Position numbers and translations under genes: made by a program. This document shows positions 49,289 to 61,464 of a stretch of 64,000 bases of DNA, one piece after another. The DNA comes from Azolla caroliniana (Eukaryota; Plantae; Polypodiophyta). The notes under the pieces are model-generated. The model was given only the letters and a program-made list of their open reading frames with translations. It made no database searches and was not told the DNA's origin. Location: assembly GCA_043228905.1 (NCBI GenBank), contig JBHGNT010000012.1, positions 14,570,001 through 14,634,000 of the forward strand, given 5' to 3'. Within the stretch, counting starts at the first letter, position 1. Every line of letters starts with the position of its first letter.

Positions 49289-50775
49289 TATTGTTGTGGG
49301 GAGTCGTGACCCATGCACCAATCCACCGTCGAATTGTGTGTTTCCAACTAGGATGAGGGGTTGCAATGAGGTAGAACGTTAATACCTCCTAGTGGGACCC
49401 GACTTGAAGTACGAATGGGATAGTGGCTTCGGTAATCGCCCCCGAAGAGAGAATCTGTCCGTTGATAGCTTCAATGGATATGGGTTGTATTGTGCCGACG
49501 GTGGGGATATTATCTGCTTGGACAAACGAGATATCGATAAAATAGGTAGATGTACCAAAATCAAGAAAGGCATGGGATTATATTGAAGTAGACCCAAAAC
49601 AAAGACTTCCTTGCAAAGTAAAACCTCCTGATGGCGTAACTAAATTGTAGGAGCACAGAGAAGTTGGGTAACGGAAAGCGTCCAGCGGCATGGCTCCTAC
49701 TGTAGTTGGACTTGGTCATTTTCCTGTTGTCCAGAAACCTCCGCAAGACGTGCACGGTGGGATTGATGTCGAGGGCCTCGCACCGGGCAATGGCGGATGA
49801 CATGGCCATGGATACCACAATAGAGGCAGAGGCCATTGTCACGTCGATGTTGTCATTGGACAACAGTTAATGGTTGGGACCGAGCATGGTCGATCTCCAT
49901 TGGGGTATAGGGGTCGACCTCCATCTGGGTATGAGTATCATTGGAGAACGGCAACTGTGGCATGGTTGGTGAAACGAATACATATGGCCTTGTGAATGGA
50001 GTGTTGTGGGAGGAAGACTGAAATCCTCGAGTCCCATGTTCCTCTTGACGAAGCTCAAAAAGATGATTATCACATTGAACGGCTTGGGAGATTACCTGAG
50101 ACAACAATGTGGGCTCTAGAAAGTTTAAGAGAAGAGTCTTGACATCGTTTCGAAGGCCTTCAAGTTGACGAAAATGGTCACATAAGGCTTGATCATCCCA
50201 ATTGACATTGCAGACGATCTGACGAAACTCTGAAGCATAGACAAAGGTTGGACAAGAGCCTTGTTAAGGAATAGATCTTCATGAGTGTCGTTCGTCGCCA
50301 ATCTGTCTCTTTGAACGTGGCATCAAGCTCAGCAAGGAAGGTAGGAAAGTTTTCTAAGAGTGGGGATGAGGTCTCGACCAATGGTGCAAACATCACTTGT
50401 ACTGGTCCGCAGAGAAGGGTGCCAATGAGGCCAACCCGAGAGAAATCGCTAGCATAATGTTGGGGTTGTAAGCGGATGATAAGCCGAATTTGATTGATGA
50501 TGCCGTGAAGATGCGCTCTCGAGCCGTTAAATTTGTCGGGTAGGCTGACGCTAGGTTTGAGGACATATGGATGTGAAGAGGAAGGGGTTGGGCTAGGTTC
50601 TGACGGAGAGTGTGACTTGGTGGGTGGGGGGTTGTTGGATGTGCCATTTTGAAGCTCTCATAATGATTCACGAAGGATTTCATTTTCTAGTTGAAGTTGT
50701 TGCACAATTGCCATTACTTGGTTTAAGTTGTTGATGGAGTTAGACATGGTAGCAAGATGAGGAACATGAACAAAT

Positions 50776-51154
50776 TGTCACGGACGATTAGATGAGGCTA
50801 AATACTAAGAGAGAGAGAGAGAGAGAGCATATACAAGAGAACAAGAAAGAGTGAGAGAAAATAGACAAGAGAACAATAACTAAATTTATGCTTCCGTAAT
50901 TGGTGTTGCTCACCTTGATTGTAATCAAGGTGTAGCCAAGTATTTATACAATAATGTGGAGGTATCCATGTAAGCTAGTAATATTCTAGAAAATGCATTA
51001 GGATGCATGCTAGCTAGGAAACCTCTAGTGATTAACTTATAATGTAATAACGTATATAGATGTACAAATGGATGTAGCTCAATTGGTAAGGTTTCCCAAT
51101 AAGACCAAGAGGTCATGGGTTCAACCCCCTCATCATGGCATCATGTCTATGACA
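50776..51154 (-). repeat. 5' LTR of Gypsy family 2
   Basis: TGTCA...TGACA termini; homologous to 23684-23980. Confidence 0.88.
51068..51137 (+). other. tRNA-like A-box/B-box cassette in the family-2 LTR
   Basis: TAGCTCAATTGG at 51075 and GGTTCAACCCC at 51118, with GAGGTC variable-loop-like sequence. No convincing anticodon stem. Confidence 0.7.
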
Positions 51155-52700
51155 AAATTGAGGATGAAACTTATTTCGAGCAATTAAAACTAGATGTGAA
51201 TAATCATTACTAAGATTTCTTGCATCTAGAATGAGGAATATCTACATAAATAAATTGTCATCTCTACTAATTCAGGAGGCATATGCTCAACCACACATAA
51301 TATATCCCATTTTTTACTTAAGAAAGTTTTCGATAATACATACTTCTTATAATAACATACCCTTCTTGTGTTCCATGTTACCACTTTCATTCAACCAATG
51401 TTATTATGGGGCCAACTACTCCTTTAAAGAAACCAATGCCATAAAACTAACCAAAGCATGTTCCAAATTTGCATATGGGTTTTCATGGATCACATCTCTA
51501 CGACCATCTATGGAAATTTTGTTTTTTTAGGTCTTCTCATGTGAAAAGAACGTAGATCAAGGTTCAATGGATTTACACCCAAATGATAAAGCAAGTTGAA
51601 GTGGAAGTGGAAACTATGTATCTCTAAATTTCTAAGGAGCTTTATGAAAGAACCTTTCCAAATAGTATCATCAGTAGTGGGCAAACCATTATTTTAGACA
51701 TTGGTTTAACAAATCCGTTAAATGATTTTCCTTATTCTTAAGCCCAAAACTTTGGGTTGGGGCATCATTGTCACATGCACAACACAATGTTCCTTCATCC
51801 ATGTGAACCATAATATCATACATTCTAGCATCCCTCACAACTCATTTATGAATGTCCATAGACAAAAGGGAATGACGTTGACATTCAGCCATAAAGTGAC
51901 TTTATTTACCACATCCAAAGTAGTGACCCACCAATGTCTCCCACTTCAATTAGAAACAAAGCCATTTCATAGCAAGTGTATTCTGGCTTCTTATCACTTA
52001 TATCCTATAGCACACAAGATCTACACTTGTGTGAACCATAGAAATGCATGCTTGCAATCCATTGCTACCCAAATTGGGCACTTCTGTTTCAATAAAGCTT
52101 CATACTCCACTATAAGGACCATCTCACTACATGCAACAAACATTTTTCAAAGAACATCAAAACTTTTATCCAACAATGCATTTAGATGCCCAAGGGAACA
52201 AAATACGACATTGTAAAGTCCTTGTGGGCAAGCATATATGTTTGCAACACAATTTCGTGATATGTTTGTATTCAACCATTGTTTAATTCAATTTATAAAT
52301 GAGTTTCCCAATAAATAATAATATAAGAGTGTGAATGTAGAATACACAAAAAGAGTGCAAAACTACATTAACATTGACTTCCACATCATGATCCTCATCG
52401 ATGGATTCTTTTTCATTCTCATCCTCCTTTACAATATAAGACAACAAGGTATTGAAAATCCCCTATAAATGATTCCGCTTTGGATTGATATGTTAATTTC
52501 TTCTAGTGACCTTCTCAACACAAGCCTTTGGGAAATCCCCAACATTCTAATACTGCTCCTTTTAAGAGAAATGCTTTCGATATCAATGCCCCTCACATAT
52601 TGTAAGCATTCATGTTCTTTTCGTCTATCTTTAATATCATATCAAATCATGATAAAATAGATTTTCCATGAATAAGAGAGAAAACAAGAAGTCACCCAAG
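51155..52700 (-). mobile_element. Decayed L1 LINE 5' part (ORF1 and endonuclease start), same family as 57530-62740
   Basis: 51270-51520 is reverse-complement-homologous to ~58620-58870; 52250-52310 matches ~57845-57900. Confidence 0.8.
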
Positions 52701-52856
52701 TGAAGAGAATGAATCCCATTAAAAATATGATATGAGACCCACAATGCATGTTGAGTAGGTCCTCCTTGTGGAATGTCATTGTTGATCGAAAAAACAACAA
52801 CAAAACATTATAAGAAAATTGTGTTTGTGTGTGTGTGTGGGGGGGGGGGGGGGGTG

Positions 52857-52892
<36 letters not shown>

Positions 52893-53439
52893 TAACAAAG
52901 AAATATTAACGTCTTCTTAAGGCCAAAATTGGCGCATGAGACAGTTGGTTTACAACAAAATGGGTATTTATCCAATCATCAAAACTAAAATAAAATAAAG
53001 TAAAAATAGAACTTAAACTAAAAGAGTTGTGGTAGTGTACAAAACGTGGTATACTTGCTAAAAGTAAGTGACTTTGCACTAAGCCTAATTTCATTTCCAC
53101 CCAAGCCTCTTGAAAATAAGTGGGAGGTCAAAGGGTTTTGGTGTGGGTGTGACCCATGGTCCCGGTGTACAGAGTGCCCCAGCCATGGCTTCTAGGTGGT
53201 GTAGTTCACATTCCCTTATTTTCTTTATTGCTTCTACACCATGTCGAGTTGCTTTGAAACCCAACATTCGAGGGCATTTGGTTCTTCTTTGATTTTTTGC
53301 TTCATCAAAGAAAAGCCAGAGTGGTGCAGGTGTGTCAACATTCGTTATCTACCCTGTTCCTGAAAAACTTCATTTGTTACATGTTGGTTAACATTAGCAA
53401 CATTATTGCCAACATTTTGTAACTTATTCTCTTTGTGTT

Positions 53440-56400
53440 ATTTTGGTTCTAGGATGTATCTGCCTAATTTCTTTAGTTCTAGGATGTTTCTATAGTTTAG
53501 GGAGGGTGGGAGAGGAACCAAGTATGTCTTGGTATTTTGCCCTTATCTTGGCATAGGTGGGACATTTGCATGTAAAGTGGTACTCATCCTCTATCTCTAT
53601 GTGGGATAACCTACATATCCTTTCCTCCCTAGGGACTCCATTAGTATGTCCATTCTCAATCTCAAGTTGGCGAGATGATATTCTAAGTTGACCAATGGCA
53701 ACCCTTAGTGCATGTGGTAAGTATACATCTAGATATTTTGGCCACGTAATAAAACCTAACTTAGAGAAGTGCATGAAGTGTTCCTTATAGTACAACATTT
53801 TAGATGGGAGTGGCTCTAGTGGGGTGATCCATTTATACTGAGTGTAAATTTGCCATATTTCTTGGCGTATTACTTTATTGCGGTCCTCATGAGAGATTAA
53901 AGTGTTATCAATCGTGTGGTCGTACTTAAGGGGGGGAAGGTTATTAATATCTAGTCCGTTCACAAGAAGCCAACTCACCATCATACCATACCATGAGCTA
54001 GTATAGCCGAACTCATACAATGATCGAGAGGCCTTAAAGGCTTGATGGGATATTTTATCATGTGGTTGGCTATATTGTGGATAAAGACTACAAGTTGAAA
54101 AAGTGCCTCTACTAACATCGGGGGTAAAGTGAACTCAACCCTAATAATGTCATGTGGTAATGTCAATTTGCTTCGGAGTTGCCATGATAACATTATCGCC
54201 AATGGACTCTCTAATTGCGTCCACATGAAACTGGAGCCCAGACCAGTGATGCATACATGAGGGAGTTTTTTTACTGAGTCAAAGAGCCACCATTTAGTCC
54301 GTGGCTCTTGAAAGTATGCCTGATGGCATTGTCTCTCGAGGAGTGAGAGGGATGCATGTCCTCTCGTAAGTCTATCCTTCACTGCTTGTGTCATCGAAAA
54401 TTTACTTGAGTGGGCACTAAAAGTGACTCCGAGATAGACATATGATCCAACCACCTCAACTGGGCTATTGGAGATAGTTAGGTGACACTTAGCTCTAACT
54501 TGGGCTGATGTGTGGAAGATACAGATTTTAGTTTTCCCTAGATTCACTGCCAATCCTCATTGTGTGCAAAAGTCATCTAAGGCATTATGGTGCCTTTGTA
54601 GGTCATGTTTGGATTCAGAGAGCAAAACTATGTCGTCTACATAGAACAAGATACGAACCTGCGTATCCCCAAGTACTACTCCGTTGCCTCCCTTACGAGG
54701 AGCTCAATAAAATCTGTGATCTCATCAATGTAGATCCCAAAAAGAGTCGGAGATGGGGGTCAACCTTGTTTTACACCAATAGTACTAGTGAAACAATAGG
54801 ATAGGCCACATGGGCATCGAACACACCCGGACACTTGTTCATATAGTGCATAGATGGCCCAAACCATGGTATCCTCAAGCTTTTAAGCCTATCAAACAAA
54901 CGCTCTCTAGGGACCTTGTCAAAGGCTTTGTGGAAGTCCACAAAACAACAATATAATTACTTCTTGTGAGCCTTAGTCTGGTCAATTAAACATCTAAGTG
55001 TGAAGATATTATCAATAGTGGAGAAGGCTCTTTTAAAGCCAGCCTGTTCAGGTGCACGAAGATTTAGGGTCTCCATATAATCACTAAGCTCTGCCTCCAT
55101 TACTACACCATATAATTTAGCAAGGGTATGACCTATCATAATGGTCCTATATGTATTTGGGTCCATGGGGTCCCCGCCTTCATGTATGGGGCCCATTGTG
55201 TTCATAGTCCATTGTGGTCATAAGCCCTCCGTGAGGGCATGATTGAAGATTAGAGTTAGCAAGGGAGCTAACTGCTACGGAGTGAAGGATGTGTGTGAGT
55301 TTTGTACTAAGGCTCTCTAAAGGTAGGGAGGAATCAAGGGAGGAGAGATGGGCTTGAACATGTCAAGAGTATATGTCAGAGAGTTAATGTGTGAAATGTA
55401 TTGTGGTGTGATGGCGTGGTTGACTAGATTTGGTGATGTTAGAGATATCGCATTTTAGCTCGAAGTATAAGAAACTATGATCCGCACCAATAGGGCATGG
55501 GGCCACCCAGAAGGAGTTAATCATGTGGGTAGCTTTAGGGGGTCCTATTAGATAATCAATTGTGCTTTCCCCTCCTCCATGTGGGAAACATGTGAGCTCT
55601 TCCGAGCCTGGCCACTTGGCTAAACCATTATATATGACCATCCGGTGCCAACTGCCAAGTTCGAGCAAATGATGGCCAAAGCTCGTGGCGTCCACACCTT
55701 GATCCTTTGATCTACGTGTGGTGCCTATGTCTAAAGGATCAACATTTACCACTTCTAGGTTTCTATTCATCTGAAATACTGTGCATTGTCGGGATTGGGT
55801 TCTCGCATTGAAGTCTCCAACAAAGAATACTTCTCCTTGGGAAGAATATCGGATTATGTCATCCGATAGAGGTTCATATGGGGAAGGCCCATGTGGCACT
55901 CCTTCATCAACTAACCTCGCCTCGCCAGCCAGATTATAATGAGATCCTTTCAGGGGAAAGTAACAAATGGCGAAAAATAATGCCTTGTCCTTGCTTGTGG
56001 AGACTTTCACCCACATAAAACGAGCTTCTGGGTCTGTCCTTAGTCTTGCTATCCTATTATGTAGCTCGCTTCAAAACAATATTGCGACACCTCCAGATCC
56101 CCTGGTAGTGCATCAACATGAGGTTTGTCTAAAAGCGGACTCCCAATGAAATCCCTCGACTCGTGGGAGTCCTCTATTTGGGCTTTGGTGTGTTTCTACC
56201 AAAAAAATTATATCTGATACCTTTAATGTCTCCTCTAGGCGGCCGGGGTGTGTCCAGAGTTCACCGTTACAATTCCATAAGGTCATCCTAAGTGTATTTT
56301 CTATCACATGGGCCACATGTGCGATCATTTATAATCACTAGCTCGTCTCGATAAAAGGCGTGATGCCCTTCTTTACAAGCTTGCATAACTCGTGGCATAC

Positions 56401-57200
56401 AACTCTAGCGATGCTCAATTTGCATCTTAGTGAGGTTTTCATCAAGATAGATAGGGTCCCCACCCAATCCTTGAAGAATTGGTCTCTTCTTAAAGAAAGT
56501 GATTCTAGAGTCTAAGTCTTTAAGTTGAAGGACTAAAGCTCTCTTCCTAGTTGTGTCACGTCCGACCCTCCAAACTTTGGTGATAGGTAGGGCCGCTATG
56601 TACCCTACCATTTTCCCAAGTGTTTGTGCATCCTCGTCTAGGGATGCACCTTCCTTGAGCCCAATGACACGTACATTTATGCGTCGAGCCTGACGTATTT
56701 TCTCTTCTTTAAGGGTGGTATTAACAATATTTTCATCTTTTATTTCTTTTCTAATGTTTATTTTAGCCACATCGACCCAACCCGTTTTAGCTAACTCTAT
56801 GTTATTTTTAACTTCCTCTTTAACTTTTTTAATCTCGTCTTTTATATCCTCTATGGAGGATATTTCACCTTCCTCCCGAGATACCTCGATGTCATTTAAT
56901 TGTTTTTTAAGGTTGGTGTTTTCCTCTTTAAGTTTCTCTATTTCGGCCTTGAGGGTGTCTTTTTCCTCTTTATCTTTTTTCTTGTGGGTTTCGGCGTCTT
57001 TCGCCCATTTTTTCATATCCATTTTTTCTTGAGAGAGAGAAAGTTGTACATGGAGAAGGATAAAAGCAAGAGTGGAGAGGGAAAGAAGAAGCAAAATTGT
57101 TTTTATTGATGTGCTCTCTATCGGTAACAGAATTGAGCATAAAGACATGCGTTAGAAAGCCCTCGATTAGACCTTCACAACGAGATATAGAAAGTTAAAT
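53440..57200 (-). mobile_element. RTEX-like non-LTR retrotransposon (ORF1 coiled-coil/RRM; ORF2 APE-RT-C-terminal Cys/His), decayed
   Basis: ORF1 RRINVRVIGLKE...IYLDENLT; EN LWNCNG, VGDFNART, STIDY, ADH; RT QAGFKRAFSTIDNIF, VDFHKAFD, YVDD; tail LEIENGH...REERICRL..IEDEYHFTCKCP. Confidence 0.85.
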
Positions 57201-57432
57201 TGGGTGGTCTGTGTGACAAGAAGCGATAGAAATAAGGAATCTTGTGTTGTTGGCATCCACATACTCAACACATAGAGTGGGTCTTCTATTGTATTCATCA
57301 TCTTCGACCTTTGTAATCGGGTGAGTTCCGGTTACAATTTAGGGTTTGCAAGGAGTGCGGGTCGATATACCGCTCGAATACGGAGCATGTCCACTCTTGA
57401 TGCCCGAACCCATTACTATCGTAGATGTAACC

Positions 57433-57489
57433 AGGACTTCCCGGGAGGTCACCCATCCCAGTACTGTTCTGGCTCAAGCACGCTTAACT
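57433..57489 (-). other. 5S rRNA-derived fragment (3' half with internal control region); Cassandra/SINE3-like or pseudogene
   Basis: Minus AGTTAAGCGTGCTTGAGCCAGAACAGTACTGGGATGGGTGACCTCCCGGGAAGTCCT matches plant 5S at about nt 50-106. Confidence 0.88.
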
Positions 57490-60424
57490 TGCAATGCTTG
57501 AAGCATCCAAACAACCACAAAACTCATGGCATGTGATGGTTGAATGTGATCGTGAAAGGGAAGACATTGGAAGCTCTAAGAGGTTTAAGGGTATTGAGGA
57601 AATTTATGAGAAAAAAGTGACATATGCTGAAGTAATACATGTAAATGAGGTTGACAAGGATCATTGTAATTGGGATAATTTATGGGGAATTGCCAATACC
57701 TTGTTGTTTGATATTGTGGAAGAAAATGAAATGCAGCGAAAGAATGCATTGATGAGGATGTGCATGATGTGGAAGTTGGTGCTAAGGCAGTGTTGCAATC
57801 TTGTGATGTATTCTATGATCGCGCGGTTATATTGTTTTTTACCGCGAAACACCCATACATTAATTGGATTAAACAATGGCTGAACACAATCGTGTCACCA
57901 AATTGTGTTGAAAATATATATGCATGACCTCAAGGGTTTTATGATGTAGTGTTTCGTTCACCGGAACATCAAAGTGCATTGTTGGCTAAAGTTCCTGTGT
58001 TTTTTGATAAACAATTGGTGCATGTAATGCAATGGTCCCTCGTTTTAAATTGAAGTGGGAGACATTTGCAGGTCATTGTTTAGGATGTGGTGAATAGGGT
58101 CACTTTATGGTAGAATGCCTTCGTCATTGTCCTTCAACTATAGAGGTTCCTAATGAAGGGAATGGTAAGGAAGGAGTTGGGAGAGATGTTGGTGTGTAAG
58201 ATATTGTGGTTGTTATGGATGAAGGAACATCATCTAGAGCAGGTTATAAAGAGGTTTCACTTGAAGGTTTGGGCCCTAAGAATAAGGGAGCTCAATCTAT
58301 GGATATGGAAAAACAAAGTTTGGCGATTATAGATAAGGGGAAAAAACCGTTGGATAGAACTAGTAATGATGTTGTTGAAAAGGATTGACATCATGTTAAG
58401 GGCAAGTCGAAGGGGAAATCAATGAATATGCAACGTAATAGTTTGCCCACTACTCGTGAGACTACTTGGGAAGGTAATTCAGGAGCTAAGGAGGGTCCTC
58501 GAAATGTTCCTTGGCAAAGACAATTTAGGGATAAGGGATTACCCCTTCACCTTCAGTTTGATTCATTGGGACGGGTTGTAAACTCATCGAATTCTCGAGG
58601 TTTTCATCAAGCAAGAGAACCTAAACAAAAGATTTCGACAGACGGCCCTAAGGATGTGGTGCATGAAAATCTATATGCAACATTGGAACATGCTTTGACT
58701 AGTTTCATGACATCGATTGCTCTGAAGGAGCAAGCGCGTCCATAACATTGTTGATTGAATGAAAGTGGTAACATGGAATGTGAGAGGGGTATGTTCTCCT
58801 CATAAGAAGTATACATTATAGAAAATTTTGTTAAATAAAGAATGAGATGTATTATGTGCAGTTGAGCATAAGTGTCATGAGTTAGTAGGATCCACAGTTC
58901 ATTTGCGTGGATATTCATCATTCTATGTAGGACATCTTAATAATCATTATTCAGGTGTGATATTAATCGTGCGGGATAAATATTATCCTCAAGTAGTGCA
59001 TAATGATCCTTATGGTCGGTTTTTGGTTCTAGAAATCACTTTTTTTGGCGAGGTTGTATGGGTGGTTGGGATTTATCTCCCTAACCAAGCCACACAACGT
59101 ATTGCATTATGGGGCTCACTTTGTCAAACCCTATGTGTGGGTTGTCCATGATTACTTATGGGTGATTTTAACATGTGTGTTGATGCATCTCAATCTACGT
59201 CTAAACATTCAATCCTGGAGGATCCTGAGCAACTTGCTTGAGATTCATTGGCTATGGAGGTTCTGAAGTTGGATATTTCGACATGGTTGCATGGGAATGA
59301 TCTAGGTTTTTCTTTCCAATCCGCTCAACACAGTCAAACATGGAGCTGGTTAGATAGAATGTATGTGATGCACAATGATTCTTTTTTACTGACATCACTT
59401 CGCATGACAGTTTTACAAGATGTAGGAACTTCGGATCACTTTCCTATTTGTTTAGAAGTTTGTGGTCATGCAATTGACATGTATAAGCCTTTACTTGGAA
59501 AGCCTCCATTATGCTTTAACTCTTTGCTTTTGCTTCAACCTCACTTTGATTCTCTCATGGAGCAAATTTTGGTAAATTTTTCACAAGAAGTGAATCTTAA
59601 AGGAGTTAAAGCATGGAAAATCACATTACAAAAAATTAAGATCATTCATCGTATGTATGGAGTAACTAAATGTGCAACGAAGAAGAGGTCTTCTTGGACG
59701 ATTCTCACAAGTTCTCTCCTAGTGTAATGCATTATTGATACATGCACCATTAGGTGAGGAGCTTTTGGATGTCCAAAGTCAATTGCATGTTATTATTTCT
59801 CAGTTGCAATGCCAAAGTTATCGTTATGCGAAGATGCGACAATTGAGGGATGGGCTCATAGATAATCAATGTCAATCTCATTTGTTTTTCCAAGCATCGC
59901 ATCCTACTTATACTCGATCTAATGTGGTACATGTGAAGCAAGGGGATGAATGGATAATGGATCCTACTACAATAATTGAAATATGTGTTCATTACTTTAA
60001 GGAGTTGATTGGCCCTCAATTGTTAATGACAAATGAGGTGAATAGAGCACGTCATGAGTTTTATGATGTGGTTGGATGTATTGTGCATGACCTCATTAGT
60101 CGTGAATTGGATGTGGATTTCACTGAGGATGAGGTGGAGAAAGTTTTAAGGCCTGCATCTTCATAGTGGTAAGAGCCCCGGTTGGGATGGCTTGACAAAT
60201 GAAGATTTTAAGCGATATTTGAACATTTTAAAGGGGCCCTTAACTTTGATGTTTCAGCATTCTTGGGATTTTGGTCGTATGCCTCAAGCTTGGAAGGTTG
60301 GTCTAATTAAATTAGTTCCAAAGGTGGCATCTCTAGAGTCATTTCATCAATGGAGACCTATTTCTTTGATGGGGGGTTGTATAAGATATTTACAAAGGTC
60401 TTGGCACCCATGATATTATATTAT

Positions 60425-60628
60425 TTGCCATTGTTGCCATGGACAAAGAAGGCTTTGCATTCTATTTTGCAACCTCTTCGATATTTGTTGTGGAAGAAGA
60501 GGGATAAGATGGTAATCACTTGGGTTGCCATTGTTGCCATGGACAAAGAAGGCTTTGCATTCTATTTTGCAACCTCTTCGATATTTGTTGTGGAAGAAGA
60601 GGGATAAGATGGGAATCACTTGGGTTGC
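60425..60628. repeat. 100-bp tandem duplication inside the LINE
   Basis: TTGCCATTGTTGCCATGGACAAAG... at 60425 and 60525. Confidence 0.92.
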
Positions 60629-60702
60629 ATGGAATCATCTAGCAACCCCTAAGCGCGGGGGGAGTTGGAATATTGAACTTATCTAAGGATATGATGGCTT
60701 GT

Positions 60703-61464
60703 TGTCGTAGTGTATTTCGTACACTACGTGAAAAACGTATAAAGTACCCGATTTAAAACATATTAAGAAAATGACACAAATATCAAGATATGTATTACAT
60801 GCATAGGAAAATATTCAAACCTTGTACCTCTATGTTAATAATTTGTAACTTTACCACTACACTAACATGTCATGAGTGGTAAAAAAGAGTAGATATCCCA
60901 AATAGAATTGTTTTTTCATGCATATTTTCTATGAAAAAGCTACACATGCACATCTAGCGTGCATGAACACTATAGTCGATAAAAACGCATGAGGTTAGAA
61001 AAAGCATGATCACTTTTAGAAGAAGCATGCTAGAGAAAGCATATAGTCTATAGATAGAGAAAGCATATAGTCTATAGTTAGGGAAAAAGCATGGATTGCT
61101 AAGACTCTCTCATCACTATGTAAGGATGTGGAGCACAATGTAATAGGGGGAAAATAAATAAATAAATTATGGGGTGATTATTAGGGTCTAAATATTGATT
61201 AATATAATACCCGTGGGATTCACGAGGTTTTCGATTTCTCTTTTTCCAATCTATTCCTATCGATTCCAATCTATTCCAAAGTATAATTAGGGTTAAATAT
61301 TAATAAAACTAAAAAACTATATTCGTGGGATTCACGAATTTCTATCTTTCTTTCTTATAATCTATTTATATTCTTATTAGCCTTAAAACTCTACTCCTCC
61401 TAGTCCAAAACCCCAACGGTTCCCACCCGACTCACGCAACGATCCGGCGCCGAAAGGCACAACA
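60703..61464. mobile_element. Solo LTR (762 bp) with 4-bp TSD TTGT
   Basis: TGTCGT...ACAACA termini; TTGT on both sides; removal restores LINE frame MMACKFSLLQAMC. Confidence 0.8.

Larger units (their letters stand above)
23684..51154 (-). mobile_element. Tcn1-like Gypsy family 2, expanded to 27.5 kb by nested insertions
   Basis: LTRs at 23684-~23980 and 50776-51154 share sequence (TGTCACGGACG...). TSD AAATT at 23679-23683 and 51155-51159. Integrase at 25810-26300; gag at 49290-50775. Confidence 0.85.

Noticed and set aside
51068-51137. Functional tRNA gene
   Set aside because: No convincing anticodon stem or full acceptor stem; kept only as a tRNA-like cassette.
57433-57489. Functional 5S rRNA gene
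   Set aside because: The 5' ~50 nt are missing; no array and no T-run terminator.
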